Shown here piece after piece: positions 19,697 to 29,120 of a stretch of 32,000 bases of DNA; the first letter of the stretch is position 1, and every line of letters starts with the position of its first letter. A program made the position numbers and the translations under genes. The notes beneath the pieces are model-generated. The model ran no database searches and was not told the DNA's origin. It saw only the letters and a program-made list of their open reading frames with translations. Source of the DNA: Candidatus Blochmanniella floridana (GTDB taxonomy: Bacteria > Pseudomonadota > Gammaproteobacteria > Enterobacterales > Enterobacteriaceae); assembly GCA_000043285.1 (NCBI GenBank), contig BX248583.1, forward strand, positions 660,001-692,000. The letters are read 5' to 3'.

Positions 19697-19936
19697 CTAA
19701 TAATTTTTTTTATTTTTGAAAGATACGATTGATAAAAATTGTTCAATACCTAATTTATCAACTAATCGTATACCTTTTGTAGAAATACGTAATTTAATAA
19801 ATTTTTTTTTATTTTCTATCCAAAATCGATGAGAATGTATATTTGGTATAAACCATCGTTTTGTTGCATTCATAGCATGTGATCTTTTATTTCCATTCAT
19901 TGGTTTTTTTCTTGTAATTTGGCATGTGCGAGACAT
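19697..19936 (-). CDS. rpmB: 50S ribosomal protein L28
   Basis: [39 protein letters not shown]... is collinear with E. coli L28. Confidence 0.95.
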   Translation of the reverse strand: MSRTCQITRKKPMNGNKRSHAMNATKRWFIPNIHSHRFWIENKKKFIKLRISTKGIRLVDKLGIEQFLSIVSFKNKKNY

Positions 19937-20446
19937 ATTATGTCCTTTTGTTATTAATGTGATTTAATTAAATTAAATACATAAAATTATAAGTTATTTA
20001 TCATACATAATATATGAAATTTATTATTATAAAATTAAGATTATAATAAATTAAAGTTCGTTTTATTTATATAAATTAAAATTATTTGTATTTAATACTG
20101 TATTTGATTATAATAAAAAACTAAGTAATTATTGTATATAAATTAGTAATAGCATTAGTTAAAAATAGAAATAATAAATTTATAATAATTTAATTTTTCG
20201 GTACAATAGTATTAAATAAAATAATTTTTAAAAAATTAAAATAATAATATTAATATAATTATGTAATTTTTATATTTTAGTAGAAATTAAAGAAACTGGT
20301 TTAAAATATAAATTTTAATAGTTTTTAAAAATTGTGTTATTAGTTATAGTGTTTTTTTGATAAAAATAGATAAATTATAATTTCATTAAATTATTTAAAG
20401 TTTAAAGTTTTATCGAAATTAACAACAATTGAATTTTTCATGTATT

Positions 20447-20902
20447 ATGAAAATAATTAATATTAAAATTATTAGAAATAATATTAATAATTTTTCTTTG
20501 CCTCAACATATTACTCCTGGTTCTGCAGGGTTAGATTTATTAGCATGCATTGAAAAACCAGTATCTATTCTACCTAAAGAAACTCGATTAATTCCTACAG
20601 GTATTGCTATATATATTGAAGATATAGAAGTGGCTGGTATTATTTTACCTCGTTCTGGGTTAGGACATTATTATGGTATTGTATTAGGAAATACAATAGG
20701 ACTTATTGATTCTGATTATCAAGGAGAAATAATGATTTCTTTGTGGAATCGGGGATCAAATAAATTTATTCTTTATCCAGGTAAAAGAATAGCTCAATTA
20801 TTATTTATATCAATTTTACGAGTTAAACTTTCTCTAGTAAAGTCTTTTGACCCATTTATGAAAACAATTCGTGGAGTGAAAGGATTTGGTCATTCTATGT
20901 AA
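20447..20902 (+). CDS. dut: dUTP diphosphatase
   Basis: MKIINIKII...GSAGLDL...PRSGLG...GLIDSDYQGE motifs. I prefer the ATG at 20447 over the TTG-initiated track start at 20429, based on alignment with the E. coli Dut N-terminus. Confidence 0.93.
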   Translation: MKIINIKIIRNNINNFSLPQHITPGSAGLDLLACIEKPVSILPKETRLIPTGIAIYIEDIEVAGIILPRSGLGHYYGIVLGNTIGLIDSDYQGEIMISLWNRGSNKFILYPGKRIAQLLFISILRVKLSLVKSFDPFMKTIRGVKGFGHSM

Positions 20903-21102
20903 TTTGGGTACTTAATATCATGTACTTTGATAGTAGTTTAATTATTCTTTTATATTTACTATTATGGTTATAATTGATAAATTATTTTATGGTAATAATA
21001 AATTTGTATATCCAAAATTAGTTTGAGTATATTTAACACAAATTATTTGGATTTTATAGTTAAATAAAAATGTATAAGAATAAATATAGATAAATTGAAA
21101 TT

Positions 21103-21975
21103 ATGATTAATAGTATGACTGCTTTTTCTAGATATGAAGTTGTTTATTTATGGGGAAGTGCAGTGTGGGAAATTCGTTCTATGAATCAACGATATTTAGA
21201 TATTTGTATTACTATACCTAAGAATGTCAATGATTTGTTTTGGATAATTAGAAAAAAAGTTAAGAGTTCTCTTACAAGAGGTAAAATAGAATGTCATTTA
21301 CAACTTAATATTAATGTAGATAGTATTAATACTGTTGTGTTTGATAATAAATTATTTTCTTTTTTACTTGATAAAATCAAATATATTAAATCACAAATTA
21401 ATGAAGGGGAAATTGATCTTGTAGAAATTTTATCTTTTCCAGGAATAATTTCATATAAGCATAATAATGATGTATATCAAATAAATAATGAATTATTAGC
21501 TGCTTTTGAACTAACATTATATCAATTAATACGTAATAGAGAAAAGGAAGGTAGTTTTTTAAAGGATAATGTAGTTAATCGGTTATTACAAATTACTACA
21601 GTAATCGATGAAATTCAGAAATATATTCCTCAAATATTACAACAAAAGCGTAAAAAACTTTTGGATTATATTCAGGGTTTTTGTATTAATTTTGATACTA
21701 GTCGATTAGAACAAGAATTATTGTTAATGACACAAAAAATTGATGTTTCAGAAGAAATAGATCGTTTGAAAATTCATGTTGAATCTATGCAAAATCTTTT
21801 ATCTCAAAAAATAAATAAACCTGTTGGAAGACAGTTAGATTTTATTACTCAAGAATTACAAAGGGAGGCTAATACTTTGTCGTCGAAATTAATAGATGCT
21901 TATGTGACAGGTTTGGTTATTTCTTTAAAGATATTAATTGAGCAAATTCGTGAACAGGTTCAAAATATTGAGTAA
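21103..21975 (+). CDS. yicC: YicC-family stress-induced protein (endoribonuclease family)
   Basis: 290 aa ORF collinear with E. coli YicC (MINSMTAF..., EEIDRLKIHV, GRQLDFITQELQREANTLSSK, C-terminal IREQVQNIE). Confidence 0.9.
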   Translation: MINSMTAFSRYEVVYLWGSAVWEIRSMNQRYLDICITIPKNVNDLFWIIRKKVKSSLTRGKIECHLQLNINVDSINTVVFDNKLFSFLLDKIKYIKSQINEGEIDLVEILSFPGIISYKHNNDVYQINNELLAAFELTLYQLIRNREKEGSFLKDNVVNRLLQITTVIDEIQKYIPQILQQKRKKLLDYIQGFCINFDTSRLEQELLLMTQKIDVSEEIDRLKIHVESMQNLLSQKINKPVGRQLDFITQELQREANTLSSKLIDAYVTGLVISLKILIEQIREQVQNIE

Positions 21976-22047
21976 TGAATAATAATTATTGTTAATTATG
22001 TTTCTTTGATAATGGTGTAATTGAGTATAAATTATTTTATTAAAGAT

Positions 22048-22109
22048 TATTTTTAAAATTTATTTATATTTATTTTTATAAAAATAAATATAAATAAATT
22101 TTAAAAATA
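22048..22109. repeat. 62-nt perfect, loop-less, pure A/T palindrome
   Basis: 22048-22078 TATTTTTAAAATTTATTTATATTTATTTTTA is the exact reverse complement of 22079-22109. Confidence 0.9.
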
Positions 22110-22159
22110 TAACAAAAATAAGTTTTTTTGTATAAAAAAACTTATTTTTGTTATTTTTT
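22109..22159 (+). terminator. intrinsic terminator downstream of yicC: perfect 21-bp stem, GTAT loop, T5 run
   Basis: 22109-22129 ATAACAAAAATAAGTTTTTTT is the reverse complement of 22134-22154. Followed by TTTTT. An A-run upstream makes it potentially bidirectional. Confidence 0.75.
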
Positions 22160-22522
22160 ACTAAAAATAATCAAAAAAATATTATAAAACATAAAAAAAT
22201 ATCTCAAAATGACTTTATTTGACTGATTTCTTTTTTCAATCTTAGAATATTTCAAATTATTTAAAACTTAGATAGAATAAAATTGTTAATAATCTATATG
22301 TATATATTATTAATTTGTAACATCCTAATTTAGGAGGATAAAATTATAACAATTTTTTTTAAAATAATTTAGTTCTATTTTAGATACAAAGTTGCTTAAG
22401 GCTATTAGTTACATAACATTACATTAATTAAATTATTAGTTTAAATAAATAACACCGTAATTGTATTGTAATAAAAATAGTATTTTATAATTGTTGTTGA
22501 TTTAATGTAGAGATATATAATT

Positions 22523-22957
22523 ATGAACAGATTAACAGATATTGCAAATATGGTAGAATCTTTGTCTCGGATTTATCATCGTCTTCGTAAAGAAATTAAT
22601 GGTCAGTTAATTAATGAAGGCCTATCTATGTCTAAAATGAAAATTTTACATCTTATAACTACTGGTAAAACCAGTGCAACAGATATTAAAAATTATATGG
22701 GATTTTCATCAAGGACAGTAGTTACTGTACTTGATGCGTTGGAAAAAGATGAAATGTTACGTCGACAACAAAGTCTTACAGATCGTCGTGTAAAGTATGT
22801 ACATATCACAAAAAAAGGACAGGAGAAATTGATTATAGCTAAATGTACATATAATATTATTTTAGATCGTATATTTGCTCCTTTATCTGATGTACAATTA
22901 AAGAATTTTTATGAAGTATGTAATTTATTGGAAATCCAACAAAAAATAGCACAATGA
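22523..22957 (+). CDS. MarR-family winged-helix transcriptional regulator
   Basis: 144 aa. Family pattern visible: HTH region (SATDIKNYMGFSSRTVVTVLDALEKDEMLRR) followed by a wing (LTDRRVKYVHITKKGQEKL). Composition matches the neighbouring genes. No E. coli counterpart at this syntenic position. Confidence 0.75.
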   Translation: MNRLTDIANMVESLSRIYHRLRKEINGQLINEGLSMSKMKILHLITTGKTSATDIKNYMGFSSRTVVTVLDALEKDEMLRRQQSLTDRRVKYVHITKKGQEKLIIAKCTYNIILDRIFAPLSDVQLKNFYEVCNLLEIQQKIAQ

Positions 22958-23073
22958 TATTTAGATATATTATAAGTAGATCATATAAAATGAATAAATA
23001 TAACAATACTATATATGATATACTATAAAATATATAATAATTTATTATTCAATAATTGGATTGTAAGTACTAT

Positions 23074-23125
23074 TAAATACAAACTACTAACTATCCATAT
23101 ATGGATAGTTAGTAGTTTGTATTTA
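23074..23125. repeat. 52-nt perfect loop-less palindrome between the MarR-family gene and gmk
   Basis: 23074-23099 TAAATACAAACTACTAACTATCCATA is the exact reverse complement of 23100-23125. No U-run follows. Confidence 0.9.
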
Positions 23126-23157
23126 CGTAATATGTAAACGATAGATAATATTTGATA

Positions 23158-23790
23158 ATGAAAAAGTATTCTGGATTATTAGGTATAATATCTGCTCCTA
23201 GTGGAGCAGGGAAGTCTACTTTAATAAATGCTTTACAAAAAAATGATTCAATTTTACAAATAAAATTATCGATTTCTTATACTACTCGTAAAAAGAGACC
23301 TGGAGAAGTACATGGAAAAGATTATTATTTTATTTCTATAGAAGAATTTCAAAATATGATTAATCAGAATATGTTTTTAGAATATGCAAAGGTTTTTAAT
23401 CATTATTATGGCACTGAAAAAAATAGTATTAAATTAATGCTGAATTCTGGAGTACATGTAATTTTAAATATAGATTGGCAAGGAATGAATCAAATTCGTA
23501 ATAAAAAATTGGATTTTTATACTATCTTTATTTTACCACCATCTCAAAAAGAATTAGAAAAAAGATTAAGATTTAGAGGATTAGATACTGATCAAGTTAT
23601 TTTTGATAGAATGAAACAGGCAATGAATGAAATTAGTCATTGTAAAGAATATGATTATATTATTATAAATGATGATTTTAATATTGCATTAATATATTTA
23701 CAGTCTGTAATTTTATCTAAACAATTAAAAATTGATTATCAGGAATATCATAATAGTAATTTGATTAATAATTTGTTATCATGTCTATAA
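23158..23790 (+). CDS. gmk: guanylate kinase
   Basis: MKKYSGLLGIISAPSGAGKSTLI P-loop, YTTRKKRPGEVHGKDYYF, collinear with E. coli Gmk. I prefer the ATG at 23158 over the TTG at 23152. Confidence 0.93.
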   Translation: MKKYSGLLGIISAPSGAGKSTLINALQKNDSILQIKLSISYTTRKKRPGEVHGKDYYFISIEEFQNMINQNMFLEYAKVFNHYYGTEKNSIKLMLNSGVHVILNIDWQGMNQIRNKKLDFYTIFILPPSQKELEKRLRFRGLDTDQVIFDRMKQAMNEISHCKEYDYIIINDDFNIALIYLQSVILSKQLKIDYQEYHNSNLINNLLSCL

Positions 23791-23826
23791 TGAATAGTTA
23801 TAGTTTTATGTATGTAAAATAATAAA

Positions 23827-24009
23827 ATGATTGAAAAAAAAATAGTAGAAGAAATCAATAGTCGATTTGATTTAATATTGGTTGCATCTAAATACGCTAG
23901 ATCTATACAACAAAAAGAAAATTCGATTCAATTATCATCATGTAAACATAAATGTACTGTAATTGCTTTGCAAGAATTAGAAAAAAGTATGATTAATATA
24001 GATAAATAA
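23827..24009 (+). CDS. rpoZ: RNA polymerase omega subunit, shortened (60 aa)
   Basis: NSRFDLILVASKYARSIQ...CTVIALQELEKSMIN matches the conserved N-terminal core of RpoZ. Position after gmk as in E. coli. Confidence 0.85.
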   Translation: MIEKKIVEEINSRFDLILVASKYARSIQQKENSIQLSSCKHKCTVIALQELEKSMINIDK

Positions 24010-24079
24010 TTAATATGTTTAATAATTATATAGTATTAAATACGATATAATATGTATATAAAGGTAATGTTTGGTATTT

Positions 24080-25501
24080 ATGAATGTTGATTATTTTATT
24101 TCTTTTATAAATAAAAATAAAGTAAAGTTTATTGATTTACGTTTTACTGATATAATGGGTAAAGAACAGCATTTTACTATTCCACAATCACAGATTGATA
24201 ATCATTTTTTTGAGAATGGTAAAGTTTTTGATGGTTCTTCTATGGTAGGTTGGAAAAATGTTCATGAATCGGATATGATACTGATTCCAGATTTAACTAA
24301 TGATCATATAATAGTTGATCCATTTTATCAAGATACTACTGTAATATTACGTTGTGATGTACTTGACCCTCATAGTATGCAAAATTATGATAAAGATCCG
24401 AGATATATATCAAAAAAATCAGAAAAGTTTTTACAAGATTCTGGTATTGCTGATTTCGCTATGTTTGGTCCAGAACTAGAGTTTTTTGTATTTGATGATG
24501 TTAGATTTAAAACATCTATGTCAGGTTGTCATGTAATGATTGATGATCCAGAAGCATCATGGAATAGTGATAAAGTTTATTTTTACGGAAATAAAGGACA
24601 TAGACCAAAAATAAAAGGTGGATATTCTCCAGTTCCACCGATTGATTCTTCTCAAAATTTAAGGTCTATGATGTCTATTATGATGGAAAAAATGGGATTA
24701 ATTGTAGAAACTCATCATCATGAAGTAGCAACTGCTGGTCAAAATGAAATAATAACTAGATTTAATTCTTTAACTAGGAAAGCAGATGAAGTACAAATAT
24801 ATAAATATATAGTACATAATGTTTCGAATAAATTCGGAAAAACTGCTACTTTTATGCCAAAGCCTATTATAAAAGATAATGGTTCAGGTATGCATTGCCA
24901 TATATCTTTGTATAAGAACAAAGTTAATTTATTTTCAGGTGATCAGTATGGAAATCTTTCGGAAATTGCTTTATTTTATATAGGAGGTATTTTAAAACAT
25001 ACTAAAGCATTAAATGCTATAACTAATCCTACTACCAATTCATATAAACGATTAATCCCTGGTTATGAAGCTCCAACATTTTTAACTTATTCTTTATCTA
25101 ATCGTTCTAGTGCTATTCGTATTCCTGCAATAATTAATAATAATCCAAATTTATGTAGAATAGAAGTTCGATTTCCTGATCCATCAGCTAATCCTTATTT
25201 GGCTTTTCCTGCGTTATTGATGGCTGGTATAGATGGTATTATTAATGAAATCCATCCTGGAAATCCTGTAAATAAAAATTTATATACTTTATCTGATTTA
25301 GAAAAAGAACATACATTGTACACGTCTCAATCTTTAAATGAATCATTACAATATTTAAGTGAAGATTATGAATTTTTAATAAGAAATAATGTGTTTAGTA
25401 AAAATTTTATTGATTCGTATATATTAATACATAAAAAAATGGATAGCTTAGTAAGATCAGTTCCACATCCGATGGAATTTGAATTATATTATAGTATATA
25501 A
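24080..25501 (+). CDS. glnA: glutamine synthetase type I
   Basis: Collinear with E. coli GlnA ([57 protein letters not shown]). The ATG at 24080 is preferred; the TTG at 24071 is an alternative. Confidence 0.94.
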   Translation: MNVDYFISFINKNKVKFIDLRFTDIMGKEQHFTIPQSQIDNHFFENGKVFDGSSMVGWKNVHESDMILIPDLTNDHIIVDPFYQDTTVILRCDVLDPHSMQNYDKDPRYISKKSEKFLQDSGIADFAMFGPELEFFVFDDVRFKTSMSGCHVMIDDPEASWNSDKVYFYGNKGHRPKIKGGYSPVPPIDSSQNLRSMMSIMMEKMGLIVETHHHEVATAGQNEIITRFNSLTRKADEVQIYKYIVHNVSNKFGKTATFMPKPIIKDNGSGMHCHISLYKNKVNLFSGDQYGNLSEIALFYIGGILKHTKALNAITNPTTNSYKRLIPGYEAPTFLTYSLSNRSSAIRIPAIINNNPNLCRIEVRFPDPSANPYLAFPALLMAGIDGIINEIHPGNPVNKNLYTLSDLEKEHTLYTSQSLNESLQYLSEDYEFLIRNNVFSKNFIDSYILIHKKMDSLVRSVPHPMEFELYYSI

Positions 25502-25636
25502 ATATATATACGTATAAATATATTATATAAGTTATGTATTTTATTAATAATATAATTGTGTACTGTATTATTTTATAGATCTAAATAATAGTATAGGTTG
25601 TATAATATATAAGGTAATATCATGATATTAATCTAT

Positions 25637-28468
25637 TTAATGAGCTTGTTCCCAATTTTTTCCGACTCCGATATCTACTTTTAAGGGTACATCTAAAATA
25701 AAACATTCTTCCATTAATTTTTTAATTTGTTTTATCGCAGTATCTATAAAATTATTTTGTACTTCAAATACTAATTCATCATGTACCTGCATAATCATCT
25801 GTACTGGAATATCATCTTGTTTTAACCAGTAATTAATAGATATCATTGCTTTCTTAATTATATCTGCAGCACTTCCCTGCATAGGAGCATTTATAGCTGC
25901 TCGTTCTGCTCCTTTTTTTTTGGATAGATTTTTAGAATAAATGTTTGGTAAATATAATTTTCGACCTTCTAAAGTTGATACATACCCATATTTATAGACA
26001 TTATCTTTAATGTGTTGTATATATTGCATGACTCCAGGATAACGTTGAAAATAACGATCGACATATTTTTGTGCTTCATAACAAGTTACTGATAATTGTT
26101 TTGATAGTCCAAACGCGCTCATTCCATAAATTAATCCAAAATTTATTGTTTTAGCTTGATGTCTTTGTTCATTTGTAACTAAGTTTAATGAAGTAACGAA
26201 TATTTCAGAAGCAGTTGTGGTGTGAATATCTTTTCCAGATAAAAAATCATTAATTAATTTAAAATCACGAGATAAATGAGCCATAATTCTTAATTCTATT
26301 TGAGAATAATCTGCGGATACTATTACAGAATGGGAGGGAGCAATAAAAGCTTGACGTATTTTTCTACCATCATGATTTCTATTTGGAATATTTTGTAGAT
26401 TTGGGTTAGCGGAAGATAATCGACCGGTAGCAGTTCTAGTTTGGTTATATGATGTATGAATTCGATTTGATTCTGTATTAACCATAGATATTAATTTATT
26501 AGTGTATGTTGATTTTAATTTAGATAAACTTCTATATTTTAAAATAATTTTTGGTATAGGATATTTATGAGATAATTTTTTTAATACTTCTTCATTTGTT
26601 GAAGGAGATCCACTTGGAGTTTTTTTTAAAATAGGTAATTTTTGTTTTTTATATAATATTTCTTGAAGTTGTTTAATAGAATCAAGGTTAAAGGATGTTC
26701 CTGCTAATTGGTATGCTTGGTTTTGTAATGTATTTAAATGAACATTTAGTTCCATTGAATAAGAACACAATAATGTTTTATCAATTAAAACACCATAACT
26801 TTCAATATGAGCAAGAATAGAAATTAATGGTATTTCTATTTCTTGAAATATTTTTTTTAACTTATCATTTGAGTAAAGTTGAGGCCATAAAATTTGATGT
26901 AAATCAAATATGGCTAGTATTAATTGGATTGCATATAATGATTCTTGATATATATTTTTTATTTCTTTAACTATATAATTATTATAATTATCATAAGATT
27001 GTTGAAAATTTAAAATAGAATTAAATGTTTCTTTGTTTAGAAAACGTTTTATATTTTGATAGTTAGTAGTTCCATATAATATGTAAAATTCTAATATTAC
27101 ATCAAATATTTTTCCAGATAAATTAATATTATGTCGTTTCAGTAAAGAATAATTAAATTTCATATTTTGTCCAATTTTAACAACTGCAGGATTTTCTAAA
27201 ATTGGTTGTAGATTTAGTAATACATTTTTGAGTGAGAGATAATTTTTATTATTGTACTGGTTTGGTATTTGAATATTGTTACTAATAGGTATGTATATAT
27301 ATTGATTGATATATATATTATATAAGGATAAACATAAACCAAGGATGTTAGCTGTAAAAATATTAGAATTATCTGAATGTATATTAAGAATGAGATGGTT
27401 TTTATGATAATTTTGTTTTATCCAATGTTTAAGGGTAGCAGTGTTATATATAATGTAATTTGAATTATTATTTAGTTTTAAATTGTTGTATGAGGAATTT
27501 TGTATTATTTTTGTATTTGCATGTTTGGTATATGCAGTAGATATTATTTTTTTTTCATATTTATTTGTATTATTCCATTTTCCTGATTGTAAGTCTGTTA
27601 ACCAAGTATTAAATTCGTATTGTGTAAATAGTAATATTAGATCTTGAGTATTAATTTCTTGTATTAATAGTTTATAATCAGATTCTTGTAAAGGAACATC
27701 TATTTTAATGGTTGCTAATTTGTAACATAAAAATGCTAGTTCTTTATTAATTAGTAGTGCTTGATATATCTTTTTTCGACCACGAATATTTAATTGTAAA
27801 ATATTATTTAAGTTTTGATATAATATATTTAAGTTGCCTATTTGATTAAGTACAATTTGGGCTGTTTTTTTTCCAATACCAGGTACACCAGGGATGTTAT
27901 CAGCTCGATCTCCAACTAATGCTAAATAATCTGCGATTAATGTTGGCGGTACTCCAAACTTTTTTTCTACTTCTGTGGGATTAAGCATAATATTTGACAT
28001 TGTATTAATTAGAATAATGTTAGAAGATACAATTTGTGCCATATCTTTATCTCCAGTACTAATTAATACTGTTTTATTGAGTTGTGCATAAAAAGTAGCT
28101 AAAGTTGCTATTACATCATCTGCTTCTACATTAGGTATATTTAATACAGAAATACCCATTGCTTTTATAATTTTATGAGTAGGAATGATTTGGATAGATA
28201 AATCATCAGGAATTTTAATACGATTAGATTTATATTGTTTGAATAGATCATCGCGAAATGTTTTTCCTGATACATCAAAGATTACTGCCATATGTGAAGG
28301 TTGATATCGAGTTATTAAGCTTTTGATCATACTTATCACTCCATATATTACCCAAACAGGTTGACCATTTTGTGTAGTTAAAGGTGGATATGCATGATAT
28401 GCTCTGTACATATAGAAAGATCCGTCTACTAAAATTATTGGATTATGTATTGTAGATTGTGAGTTCAT
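25637..28468 (-). CDS. polA: DNA polymerase I (5' nuclease and polymerase domains intact; 3'-5' exonuclease motifs degenerate)
   Basis: 943 aa. N-terminal LVDGSFYMYRAYHA, polymerase motifs A (DYSQIELR), B (AKTINFGLIYG) and C (QVHDELVFE) are present. The central domain is Asn/Ile/Tyr-rich and divergent. Confidence 0.95.
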   Translation of the reverse strand: MNSQSTIHNPIILVDGSFYMYRAYHAYPPLTTQNGQPVWVIYGVISMIKSLITRYQPSHMAVIFDVSGKTFRDDLFKQYKSNRIKIPDDLSIQIIPTHKIIKAMGISVLNIPNVEADDVIATLATFYAQLNKTVLISTGDKDMAQIVSSNIILINTMSNIMLNPTEVEKKFGVPPTLIADYLALVGDRADNIPGVPGIGKKTAQIVLNQIGNLNILYQNLNNILQLNIRGRKKIYQALLINKELAFLCYKLATIKIDVPLQESDYKLLIQEINTQDLILLFTQYEFNTWLTDLQSGKWNNTNKYEKKIISTAYTKHANTKIIQNSSYNNLKLNNNSNYIIYNTATLKHWIKQNYHKNHLILNIHSDNSNIFTANILGLCLSLYNIYINQYIYIPISNNIQIPNQYNNKNYLSLKNVLLNLQPILENPAVVKIGQNMKFNYSLLKRHNINLSGKIFDVILEFYILYGTTNYQNIKRFLNKETFNSILNFQQSYDNYNNYIVKEIKNIYQESLYAIQLILAIFDLHQILWPQLYSNDKLKKIFQEIEIPLISILAHIESYGVLIDKTLLCSYSMELNVHLNTLQNQAYQLAGTSFNLDSIKQLQEILYKKQKLPILKKTPSGSPSTNEEVLKKLSHKYPIPKIILKYRSLSKLKSTYTNKLISMVNTESNRIHTSYNQTRTATGRLSSANPNLQNIPNRNHDGRKIRQAFIAPSHSVIVSADYSQIELRIMAHLSRDFKLINDFLSGKDIHTTTASEIFVTSLNLVTNEQRHQAKTINFGLIYGMSAFGLSKQLSVTCYEAQKYVDRYFQRYPGVMQYIQHIKDNVYKYGYVSTLEGRKLYLPNIYSKNLSKKKGAERAAINAPMQGSAADIIKKAMISINYWLKQDDIPVQMIMQVHDELVFEVQNNFIDTAIKQIKKLMEECFILDVPLKVDIGVGKNWEQAH

Positions 28469-29120
28469 AATATAAAACTAAATAATATATTGTTTAATGT
28501 AGATTAAATAGGAGGATGTATTCATATAAATAGCTAACAACACTAAATTCTATGTTATCACTAAAATTAGTAGAATAAAATATTGAGTAATAATTTTTTT
28601 TGTAAGTAGTGTTAATAAATCAAAGAATTATGTAATATATGTATGTATGGAAGATAAATTTGATTTATATTTTGCATTATGTATTAACCGTGAACAAAAA
28701 GAAAGGAATTGTTTTAATAAAATTAATAGCTTTTTTTTGATTTATAAATTAAAAATTGATTAGTATACTATTCTAATAATGTTGTATGTTTTATATTCAT
28801 TATTAATTGCATGAGTTTACTTCGGGTATATTTTTAGTATAAAGAGAATATTATCTGAGCATAGTTATAAATAAAAATAGAAACTTATTCAATCTGATAT
28901 CCATAAAATTATTATTATAATATCGCAAGTATATAGTAATTATTATATTTATGTAGCTTTAAGTAATTAATATGATTTTTTATAAATAGAGCATAGATTG
29001 GATAATTTTTATTGCATTGTATTAAAAATTTATAAAATGTTTGAATTAATAACCATGAGTTTAATAAAAAAGAGAAAATTTTAGTAAATTACAAACATAT
29101 ATAGTGGATTGAGGTTAATA

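Noticed and set aside
22327-22345. Consensus Shine-Dalgarno-like TAGGAGGAT in non-coding DNA. It occurs at 22331-22339, partly paired in a small hairpin TCCTA-ATT-TAGGA, and again at 28510-28518.
   Set aside because: No plausible ORF follows either copy: 9 codons from an ATT start in one case, and 5 codons with zero spacing in the other. Two copies of a G-rich 9-mer are mildly unexpected, but these are most simply relics of the RBSs of lost genes.
25616-25631. 16-bp palindrome TAATATCATGATATTA between convergent glnA and polA, considered as a terminator.
   Set aside because: It is short, loop-less and AT-rich, which is within chance expectation, and it is not comparable to the arms of 21 bp or more reported above.
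28639-28740. 33-aa + strand ORF (MYVWKINLIYILHYVLTVNKKKGIVLIKLIAFF) in the polA/ubiD spacer.
   Set aside because: It has no SD and no recognisable family, and such ORFs are expected by chance. It could only be rescued by conservation or expression data.
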